A stretch of 24,000 nucleotides of DNA, from NCBI RefSeq assembly GCF_004011865.1, contig NZ_RKLP01000014.1:33226-57225 (forward strand). Direction: 5' to 3'. Positions 8,337-15,456 of the stretch are shown in pieces. The position numbers were made by a program, and so were the translations under genes. A model generated the notes under the pieces. That model ran no database searches. It saw nothing but the letters and a program-made list of their open reading frames with translations, and had not been told where the DNA came from. The DNA comes from Prescottella agglutinans. Lineage in GTDB: Bacteria > Actinomycetota > Actinomycetes > Mycobacteriales > Mycobacteriaceae. How positions within the stretch are numbered: the first letter of the stretch is position 1; every line of letters starts with the position of its first letter.

Positions 8337-10004
8337 ATGAACAGTCGCGACTGGACACGGCCCTCCCGCCACGGAACTCGGCATCCACGTCAGCACCGAC
8401 CACCGACGCGACCCCGGCGGAACCGCGTGCTCGGGCTGATCAGCGTCCTGGCGCTGCTGGTCGGACCGGCCCTGATCGCGGTCGGTGCCGGCGCGCCCGC
8501 CGGTGCGGCAGGCGCACGCACCGTGGTGAGTCTGACGTTCGACGACGGTAACGCGGACGCGACCGTTGCTGCACAGACGCTGCAGGCCAACGGGCTCCGC
8601 GGAACCTTCTTCGTCCCGTCCGGCTACATCGATCAGCCCGGGTACATGTCACAGGCCGATCTTCACGGTATCGCCGCCGCAGGCAACGAAATCGGCGGCC
8701 ATTCCGTGACGCATCCGGACCTGAGCACGATGTCGCGGGACGAGGCGACCCGGCAGTTGTGCAACGACCGCGTGAACCTCACCAACTGGGGATTCCAGGT
8801 CACCTCGCTCGCCTATCCTTTCGCGTCGGCAACCGCCGAGACCGAATCGATCGCGCAGCAGTGCGGCTACAACAGCGCCCGTGGCCTCGGGGACGTCGAG
8901 ACCCGATTCGGGTGCGCCGGCTGTGATCTCGCCGAGAGCATTCCGCCGGCGAACCCGTACTACACGAAGGCTCCCGACCAGGTGGACAACACCTGGACCC
9001 TCGCCGACCTGCAGAACGTGGTCACCAACGCCGAGAACAACGGCGGCGGGTGGGTCCAGCTGACCTTCCACCACGTGTGCGCGAACAACTGCGATCCGGG
9101 TGGACTGTCGATCTCGCCGACGCTGCTCGACCAGTTCGCCGCGTGGCTCGCCGCGCGGTCGAGCAACAACACGGTGGTGCAGACCGTACGTGAGGTGGTC
9201 GGCGGCGCCGTCGCTCCGGCCGCACCCGGTCCCGTCCCGCCCGCACCGGCCCCCGGTGCCAACGGAGCACCCAACCCCGGCCTGGAGACGGTCGACGCGA
9301 CGACCGGACTGCCGCAGTGCTGGATGGCCGGCGGCTACGGCGTCAACACACCGACTTTCGCCACGGTGCCCGAGGCGCACGCCGGCAGTATCGCCGAGCG
9401 CCTGACGATGGCCGGCTACGTGGACGGCGACGCGAAGCTGCTTCCCAAGCTGGATCTCGGTGAATGCTCGCCGGGAGCCACTCCCGGACACACCTACGCC
9501 CTGAAGGCCTGGTACAAGTCCACCGCACCGACCCAGTTCGCGGTGTACTACCGGACCGCGATCGGCACATGGGCGTACTGGACGTCGAGCCCCTGGTTCG
9601 CGGCCGCACCCGAGTACACCGCCGCGGAGTGGACCACACCGCCGGTTCCTGCCGGTGCGACCGGAATCAGCTTCGGGCTGAACCTGTTCGGCAACGGGCA
9701 GTTGCACACCGACGACTACGAACTCCACGACACCGCCGCGACGCAGCCCTCCAGCGGGTCCTGGACCGTCGGGACCACCACACCGACCGCCCCCACCACC
9801 ACGCCCGGGCCGGTGACTGCGGCGGCCGGACATGCGAAGCAGAAGGCCGCACCCGGTAAGCACGCACCGGGCAAGCCCGCACCCGGTACCGATCGGAGCA
9901 GCCGACGGGGTCCGGCCGAACCGCCCGTCCACTACGTCCCGGGTCCGGACGAGCTGAGGCCCGGTCAGACCTTCCTGCCGGACGCCGGCAACCTCGGCGA
10001 GTAG
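8337..10004 (+). CDS. Secreted or membrane-anchored polysaccharide deacetylase (CE4 NodB domain) fused to a carbohydrate-binding-like beta-sandwich domain and a Pro/Thr/Ala-rich tail
   Basis: This is the tail of track ORF 7005..10004. It has a basic N-terminus plus a hydrophobic segment (VLGLISVLALLVGPALIAVGAGAPAGAAGA). CE4 motifs are TFDDG and GGHSVTHPD. After a PAPAPG linker comes a roughly 150-aa Trp/Tyr-rich domain (GHTYALKAWYKST...WAYWTSSPWF...GISFGLNLFGNGQLHTDDYEL), then TTTPTAPTTTPGP and APGKHAPGKPAPG. Start is ATG 8337 (GGAAGG 6 nt upstream) or ATG 8310, which overlaps the glmS stop (ATGA). Confidence 0.85.
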   Translation: MNSRDWTRPSRHGTRHPRQHRPPTRPRRNRVLGLISVLALLVGPALIAVGAGAPAGAAGARTVVSLTFDDGNADATVAAQTLQANGLRGTFFVPSGYIDQPGYMSQADLHGIAAAGNEIGGHSVTHPDLSTMSRDEATRQLCNDRVNLTNWGFQVTSLAYPFASATAETESIAQQCGYNSARGLGDVETRFGCAGCDLAESIPPANPYYTKAPDQVDNTWTLADLQNVVTNAENNGGGWVQLTFHHVCANNCDPGGLSISPTLLDQFAAWLAARSSNNTVVQTVREVVGGAVAPAAPGPVPPAPAPGANGAPNPGLETVDATTGLPQCWMAGGYGVNTPTFATVPEAHAGSIAERLTMAGYVDGDAKLLPKLDLGECSPGATPGHTYALKAWYKSTAPTQFAVYYRTAIGTWAYWTSSPWFAAAPEYTAAEWTTPPVPAGATGISFGLNLFGNGQLHTDDYELHDTAATQPSSGSWTVGTTTPTAPTTTPGPVTAAAGHAKQKAAPGKHAPGKPAPGTDRSSRRGPAEPPVHYVPGPDELRPGQTFLPDAGNLGE

Positions 10005-10022
10005 CCGCGGCGTCCACCCATC

Positions 10023-10059
10023 GCCGACCGGGCCGAGGTCGGATCTCGGCCCGGTCGGC
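10023..10059 (+). terminator. GC-rich stem-loop (about 15 bp stem, 7-nt loop) between the deacetylase and lipoprotein genes; candidate terminator, attenuator or RNA-stability element
   Basis: gccgaccgggccga (10023-10036) is the exact reverse complement of tcggcccggtcggc (10046-10059), and one more G-C pair can form inside. It starts 19 nt after the deacetylase stop. No T-tract follows, which is common in high-GC actinobacteria. Confidence 0.5.
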
Positions 10060-10110
10060 ACCACCGGGGAGAAATCAGCTCGACAGGGAAACCAGATGGA
10101 GGAGCAGCGC

Positions 10111-10860
10111 ATGGCCATCAAAACCATCTCGGGCCTGCTCGGCGTCGCCGCCGTCGGCATCGCCGTCACGGGATGCGCCGCGGATGCGGCCCAACCCACC
10201 GCCGCCGACGGATACCCGTGGCACACGGACATCGTGGCGACCACCTTCTGGGTCGGCGAGATCTTCGATCCCGCTGCCGAGGACGGGAGCCAGGAGATGT
10301 CCGCCTACGACTCGAACTGGCTCGGGAGCTACGGCGGATGCGACGGTGTCGCCGTCGACGGGGCCTGCCGGACCGAGCCCCGCACCGCCGGCAACGGCTA
10401 CTTCCCGACGCAGATGACACCACGCGAGAACCCCTTCTACCTCGACCTGCCGTTCGACGACGTCAACGACGACGTCGCGTTCGAGCAGCGCGGTTCGGTG
10501 ATTCCCTGGGCCGACGAGGCGCCCTACCGCGATCACCTGTCGGATCCTTCGGTCAGCCTGATGAAGAACCGCTGGGTGCGGATCCGCAGCGGAGACAACA
10601 CCTGCTACGGCCAGATCCAGGATGCCGGGCCGGCGAACTACCACGATTCCGCGTACGTCTTCGGCGCGGACGACGCCAGACCCGCCAGCGACGAGTTCAA
10701 CGGCGCGGGCCTCGACGTTTCCCCGGCCTTGAACGGCTGCCTCGGGTTCAGCGAACTCGACGGCGAGAACGACCGCGTCGACTGGCAGTTCGTCGACGAC
10801 GGCGACGTCCCGCCCGGACCGTGGCGCACGGTCGTCACGACGAGCGGGGTCCGGCAGTGA
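10111..10860 (+). CDS. Putative lipoprotein of unknown function (C-terminal region shows weak RlpA/expansin-like double-psi beta-barrel motifs)
   Basis: Track ORF 10096..10860. I prefer ATG 10111 because GGAGGAG (10098-10104) lies 6 nt upstream. The signal peptide is MAIKTISGLLGVAAVGIAVTG|C with lipobox V-T-G-C. The mature part has TTFWVGE, NPFYLDLPFDD and NRWVRIRSGDNTCYGQIQDAGP...GLDVSPAL. That last segment resembles the DPBB consensus (xVxVxx..G.s..v.v.DrGP...iDLS.aa), but only at motif level. Confidence 0.7.
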   Translation: MAIKTISGLLGVAAVGIAVTGCAADAAQPTAADGYPWHTDIVATTFWVGEIFDPAAEDGSQEMSAYDSNWLGSYGGCDGVAVDGACRTEPRTAGNGYFPTQMTPRENPFYLDLPFDDVNDDVAFEQRGSVIPWADEAPYRDHLSDPSVSLMKNRWVRIRSGDNTCYGQIQDAGPANYHDSAYVFGADDARPASDEFNGAGLDVSPALNGCLGFSELDGENDRVDWQFVDDGDVPPGPWRTVVTTSGVRQ

Positions 10861-10909
10861 CCGATTCACCTCAACGTGTTCCTCTCCTTCTCGAGTGCAG
10901 GGGGTTTCG

Positions 10910-12277
10910 ATGTCGACAACTGTCCTGATCATGCTGCTGGTGTTCGGTCTCAACACGCTGTTCTGGACCACGGTGGGTCTGGGGCGGGAGGTCGCCTCCT
11001 GGTGGGTCCGGTGGCGCGGGAAACGTTCCGCTGTTCGGCCCGGCCCACCGCTCCTGACGCCGGCCGACGTGGCCGTGCTCGTGGCAGCCCACAACGAGGA
11101 ACTGGTGATTGCCGAGACGATCGCCTCCGCGACGTCGCTCGTGCCGGCCGCCAACGTCTTCGTCGTCTCCGACGGATCCTCCGACCGGACCGCCGATATC
11201 GTCCGCGCGGCGGGCGCACGGGTCCTCGAGCTGAGCCCGAACAGGGGCAAGGCCGGGGCACTCGCAGCGGGGATCGAGCACTTCGATCTGTGTGAGCGAT
11301 TCCAGGTGGTCACGATGCTCGACGCCGACACCCATCTGGCGCCCGACTACCTGACCACCGGGCTCGCTCAGATGTCCGAACCCGGGGTGGTCGCCGTCGC
11401 GGGGCGGGCGACCACGATCTCCGCGCCCGATCAGCTGACCCGCTTCGGGCGGCTCCTGGTGGCGTATCGGGAGCGGGTGTACGTCGCGGTGCAGTACCTG
11501 CTCAAGTACGGTCAGGCCGCACGCTGGGCGAACGCCGTCACGATCGTGCCCGGGTTCGCCAGCATGTACCGCACCGAGGCCCTGAAACAGATCGACGTGA
11601 GCGCGCCCGGCCTGGTCATCGAGGACTTCAACATGACCTTCGAGGTCCACGCCAAGCAGCTGGGCCGCATCGCCTTCCATCCCCGGGCCGCGATCGCCTA
11701 CACCCAGGATCCCGACAACTTCCGCGACTACGTCAAGCAGGTTCGACGCTGGGCACTCGGGTTCTGGCAGACGCTGCGGCGCCACCGACTTCACGTCGGC
11801 CGATTCTGGGTGGCATTGGCCGCGTATGTCGCCGAACTGGTGACCAGCAGTCTCCTGTTCGTTCTCCTCGTACCGTTGCTGCTCGTCTCCGTCGTCGCGG
11901 GGGTCTTCGGGAACGGCGCCGGGAGGTGGGAGCTGGCCGGTGTGCTGCCGCCCCAGGCAGTACTCCTCGGTGTACTGGTCCCCGATTTCCTGCTCACCGT
12001 GTTGGCAGCCGTCGTCAGTCGCCGCCCTCACTATCTGCTCTACGGACTGGCGTTCCCCGTCATTCGCATCGTCGACGCCGCAATGTGTCTGCGGACGATT
12101 CCGCTCGCGTGGCGCAGTCGAGACACCGGCGTATGGCGAAGTCCCACGCGCCGTTCCAACGCGAAGCACCGGGCCGGCACCGTCTCGGCGACACCTCTGC
12201 CGGTCACCGGCTCCAGCCGATCGCGACTGCACATCGTCGAGGACGACGGTCGCGAACCGCGAGGTGAGATCGCCTGA
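10910..12277 (+). CDS. Membrane-embedded processive family-2 glycosyltransferase (PgaC/IcaA/NodC/HasA/cellulose-synthase-like polysaccharide synthase)
   Basis: Track ORF 10895..12277. I prefer ATG 10910, with AGGGGG 5 nt upstream. It has an N-terminal TM segment (TTVLIMLLVFGLNTLFWTTV). The full synthase motif series is present: VAAHNEE, SDGSSDRT, NRGKAGALAAG, LDADT (DxD), PGFASMYR, IEDFNMT (ED) and KQVRRWALG (QxxRW). At least three C-terminal TM segments follow. Confidence 0.88.
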   Translation: MSTTVLIMLLVFGLNTLFWTTVGLGREVASWWVRWRGKRSAVRPGPPLLTPADVAVLVAAHNEELVIAETIASATSLVPAANVFVVSDGSSDRTADIVRAAGARVLELSPNRGKAGALAAGIEHFDLCERFQVVTMLDADTHLAPDYLTTGLAQMSEPGVVAVAGRATTISAPDQLTRFGRLLVAYRERVYVAVQYLLKYGQAARWANAVTIVPGFASMYRTEALKQIDVSAPGLVIEDFNMTFEVHAKQLGRIAFHPRAAIAYTQDPDNFRDYVKQVRRWALGFWQTLRRHRLHVGRFWVALAAYVAELVTSSLLFVLLVPLLLVSVVAGVFGNGAGRWELAGVLPPQAVLLGVLVPDFLLTVLAAVVSRRPHYLLYGLAFPVIRIVDAAMCLRTIPLAWRSRDTGVWRSPTRRSNAKHRAGTVSATPLPVTGSSRSRLHIVEDDGREPRGEIA

Positions 12278-12343
12278 CACCGCGGCACACCACCGGCACA
12301 CGGAAACACCACTTGTCCGCACTATACGTAAGGAACCTTCGCA

Positions 12344-12982
12344 ATGATCTCGAAGTCGACCAACGCACGCCGCCGCCGGGCCGCCCTGCCCGCGGCCACG
12401 ATCCTGACCACGGCCGGCGCCCTGCTCCTCGGGACCGCCGGCACGGCGACGGCCGCCGAACAGACCGCATCCACCCCCGCCGGCGCACTGACGGTGACCC
12501 TCACCAACGACGTCGTCGAGTCGGTTCCCAGCCTCACCATGATGCCGACGTCGAGCGAAGGCGTCGTGTCCGCCGCGGCCGTCGCCACTGCGACCGGGCC
12601 GGGCGCACAGGACATCACGGGCGGCACGCTCGACCTCGGCTATCAGGTCGGATGTGCTGTCGACGTCTCCGGCGGTGTGCAATTCGCGGTCGAGACACCC
12701 GCCGGTCCCACGCTCACGCTCTTCCCGACACCCGGAATCGGTATGAACTTCGGCGTCACGCCGTCGGTCCTGATCAATCCCAAGTTCGGTGTCAGCCAGG
12801 ATGTCTCGCTCGGCAAGCAGGTGGTGAACGGGCCCGACGCCGCGGTGTCGTTCGACGCGGTCCGCGTCAAGGCCGAGGGATGCATCGGTGGAGTCACGGT
12901 TCGTCCGTATGCGGTCTACACGGTGACGACCGCCCACGGGAGCCACTCGGTCGCGACGTACGGAAGTCCCCGCGCGCTCTGA
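12344..12982 (+). CDS. MspA-family mycomembrane porin
   Basis: ORF 12344..12982. The signal peptide is MISKSTNARRRRAALPAATILTTAGALLLGTAGTATA|AEQ. The mature part aligns by eye with M. smegmatis MspA: GGTLDLGYQVGCAVDVS against GTLELGYQIGFPWSLG, GGVTVRPYAVYTV against GGVLLRPFARLIA, and SVATYGSPRAL against SVTTYGEPWNMN at the C-terminus. AAGGAA lies 7 nt upstream of the ATG. Confidence 0.85.
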   Translation: MISKSTNARRRRAALPAATILTTAGALLLGTAGTATAAEQTASTPAGALTVTLTNDVVESVPSLTMMPTSSEGVVSAAAVATATGPGAQDITGGTLDLGYQVGCAVDVSGGVQFAVETPAGPTLTLFPTPGIGMNFGVTPSVLINPKFGVSQDVSLGKQVVNGPDAAVSFDAVRVKAEGCIGGVTVRPYAVYTVTTAHGSHSVATYGSPRAL

Positions 12983-12990
12983 CGGTAGAA

Positions 12991-13024
12991 CTTCTCGCCC
13001 GCACCACATGGTGCGGGCGAGAAG
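12991..13024. terminator. Bidirectional intrinsic terminator hairpin between the convergent porin and ANTAR genes
   Basis: cttctcgcccgcacc (12991-13005), loop acat, then ggtgcgggcgagaag (13010-13024) form a perfect 15-bp stem. It starts 9 nt after the porin stop and ends 48 nt before the stop of the minus-strand gene at 13072. Confidence 0.8.
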
Positions 13025-13071
13025 CTCATTCGTCGGCGACTGACCTGGTCGGGATGAGATTTCGGAGAAAG

Positions 13072-13773
13072 TCACACGCGCAGTTCGAGCGTGACGATCG
13101 CTTCGGCGACCGCGTGCACGCTCGCGTTGTGCGACCGTGCGTGACGACGGATCAACTGGTAGGCGGCGTCGACGCCGATGCCGTTCGCGTTGGAGATGAT
13201 CCCCTTCGCCTGTTCCACGACGATGCGACTGGTGAGTGCCTGCTCGAGTTGCCCCGACAGACGCTGGAAGTGACTGACCGCCGACCTCTGGCTCAGGAAC
13301 ACCGATGTCATCTCGGCCAGGCAACCGACCATGGCGATCTCGTCCTCGAGCCAACGGCGCGGACGATCCGAGACCAGGACGAGTGCGCCGACGGAGCGTA
13401 GACCGTGCCGGAGCGGAAAGACCGCCAACGACACCACACCCGAGCGTCGCGCCTCGGCGACGAATTGCGGCCAGGCCTCGCGGTGATCGTCGACGGCGGC
13501 GATACGCAGAATGCTCCCGCGCGCGATCGCGTCCGCGCCCGGGCCGTCCGAAACCAGTTGCGCCAGGCGGTCGAGGGCGATCCCCGGCCCGGTCGACGTC
13601 GTCACCGTGGCCGTCGCGCCGTCGAGATCGGTCACGACGCCGCCGCCGGCAAGACCGAGAAGGCCCGAGACCAGTTCGACCAGACCCGTCAGCACCGCGT
13701 CCGTTTCGGATGATTCCGCCTGCAGTCTCGTGAATCTCTCCACGGCAACCGCGAAATGGCTTTGAACAGACAA
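13072..13773 (-). CDS. GAF and ANTAR domain-containing RNA-binding regulator (antiterminator-type)
   Basis: Track ORF 13072..13980 (-). The C-terminus LEQALTSRIVVEQAKGIISNANGIGVDAAYQLIRRHARSHNASVHAVAEAIV matches the ANTAR consensus (L..AL.SR..IeQAKGil......deAf.lLr..Sq..n..l..vA..iv). The preceding ~150 aa are GAF-like. I prefer the TTG start at 13773, which has a strong GAGGGGGG 7 nt upstream. ATG 13896 is the alternative, but the extra 41 codons lie in low-GC, non-coding-looking sequence. Confidence 0.85.
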   Translation of the reverse strand: MSVQSHFAVAVERFTRLQAESSETDAVLTGLVELVSGLLGLAGGGVVTDLDGATATVTTSTGPGIALDRLAQLVSDGPGADAIARGSILRIAAVDDHREAWPQFVAEARRSGVVSLAVFPLRHGLRSVGALVLVSDRPRRWLEDEIAMVGCLAEMTSVFLSQRSAVSHFQRLSGQLEQALTSRIVVEQAKGIISNANGIGVDAAYQLIRRHARSHNASVHAVAEAIVTLELRV

Positions 13774-14272
13774 TCGATAGCCCCCCTCATTCGAGAACTG
13801 AGGCTCCCCCGACAATCGAAGATTTCGGCACCCACCGGGACCCGCAGTGGCGTTTACACACTCGCGAGCCGTTCGTAATTCGTTCGAAATTCCCATGTTC
13901 ACTGTCGCTCTTCCGCTCCTTCGACCGCGGCCGCTCCCCCACGTGCGACCGACCCGATGCCTTCGACCCGACAGAAACACTTGCGCCAGAATGCTATCGC
14001 ACGCAGCCGAGATGCCGCCAGAGGACGACCTACGGTGCCGTATCGTTCACCCGGCCGTTCACCCCGACGCCGGCGATCTGCGATACCTGCACCAATCACG
14101 CCGAATATCCGATCCGATACACACATTCGGCACCCGAATTGGGATCCTATTTATTCGATCTTGATCAGTAAGATAAACGACAGACCGACAGTTCCCGCAA
14201 CCCGACGACAACGACATCTCACGCAAATGCAACGCCGACCCGGGGAAGACCGGAAGAGTTCGTTGCGTGCAG

Positions 14273-15280
14273 TCACGAATTGCTCTCGACGATCATCCCC
14301 GCGACCCCCGAACCCAGCGGGACCGGCGCACACACCGGGGCGGGCGCCGACGGGTCGAGTTCCCGCACCGCGAGCCAAAGCGAGAAGGGGTCGTACACCA
14401 TGTTGAAGTGCCCGCCCCGGTTCTCCGGACACAGGTCCTGCACCAGGATGTTCGTCGCACCTCGGTCCCGCAGCGCAATGTTGGTGTGGGGCTGGATCAT
14501 CTCGTCGTAGCGCGACCCGATGGTCGTGTAGGCGACGCCCGGAACGGTGTCGCCTCCCGCGTTGAGTGCGACGAGGAACGGCGATCCTTGCATCTGCTGG
14601 CTGATCGCCTTCGAGGTGAGCCCCTCGGCGATCCGGTCGGGATCCGGCAGCAGCCTCAGCAGCGGCACGATCCCGTACATCACCCCGCCGTAGGTCGGCG
14701 ACGCGATCCCGATCCAACGGCCCACGACGTCGGCGCCGCCCAACCGATTGACGAAGTACCGCGCCACGGTCGCGCCCTGGGAGTAGCCCACGAGGTCGAC
14801 CTCGGCAGCGCCGGTCGACACCCGGACCATGCGTACGAAGTCCGCGAGTTCCGTTGCGCTGCGAGCCATGTCGCCGCGCGCATACTTTCCGGGTTTGCCG
14901 TCCGCACCGTAGTTCGGAGCGAACACGCAGAACCCCCGGTCGGCGAGGATCGGAGCGAGCGCGGACCAGTCCGTGTAGGCGTCGGAGTCACTGCCGTGCA
15001 CGAGGACGACCGGGTTGGGGTGGCCCGGATCCGGTCGGCAACCGAAGTCGTTCGTCCCGGGCGGCGCGGAGTCCCGGTGCCGTTCGGCGTACCGCAGTGC
15101 TCCGGCGTGGCCGATCTGGATCGGGCCCGGATCTACCGGCACCACGTAATCGGGTCGCGTCGTGGACGGCGCCGGGGGCGCCGGCGACGCGGACGCCGCG
15201 GGCGGGGCGAGCACGGCCAGGCCGGCCGCAGCCACAACGGAAACTCCAGCAGCGAAGCGCCTCGTCACCCGATCCACCAT
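14273..15280 (-). CDS. Secreted alpha/beta-hydrolase, lipase/esterase family
   Basis: Track ORF 14273..15343 (-), trimmed to ATG 15280 with GGAGG 4 nt upstream. The signal peptide is MVDRVTRRFAAGVSVVAAAGLAVLAPPAASA|SP. Motifs are NPVVLVHGSDSD (oxyanion region) and the VDLVGYSQGATVARYF nucleophile elbow (GxSxG), as in small secreted actinobacterial triacylglycerol lipases. Confidence 0.8.
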   Translation of the reverse strand: MVDRVTRRFAAGVSVVAAAGLAVLAPPAASASPAPPAPSTTRPDYVVPVDPGPIQIGHAGALRYAERHRDSAPPGTNDFGCRPDPGHPNPVVLVHGSDSDAYTDWSALAPILADRGFCVFAPNYGADGKPGKYARGDMARSATELADFVRMVRVSTGAAEVDLVGYSQGATVARYFVNRLGGADVVGRWIGIASPTYGGVMYGIVPLLRLLPDPDRIAEGLTSKAISQQMQGSPFLVALNAGGDTVPGVAYTTIGSRYDEMIQPHTNIALRDRGATNILVQDLCPENRGGHFNMVYDPFSLWLAVRELDPSAPAPVCAPVPLGSGVAGMIVESNS

Positions 15281-15456
15281 GCACCTCCGTGACCCGCAGG
15301 ACTGCCAGCAGTTTCCATCAAGATCACTGCCGGGGCCGGCCACGCGCCAACCCGCCCGAATAACGAAAGTGGAACGAAATCTGCGCTGATCCGCTCACAC
15401 CCGCGACCGGCCCCATGGTGCAATGGGGCGAGTCTCCCGGACAGGAACGGTGCGGT

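Noticed and set aside
10871-13354. 827-aa minus-strand ORF antisense to the GT2 synthase, the porin and part of the ANTAR gene.
   Set aside because: Its composition is Arg/Gly/Pro/Asp-rich and it has no recognisable motifs. It overlaps three motif-rich genes, including the ANTAR gene in a different frame on the same strand. Long spurious ORFs like this are typical of high-GC DNA.
13824-13833. 10-mer ttcggcaccc repeated at 13824-13833 and 14126-14135 in the ANTAR upstream region.
   Set aside because: A single 10-mer repeat within about 500 bp of GC-rich DNA is not far from chance expectation (roughly 0.1 by a crude estimate). There is no flanking similarity.
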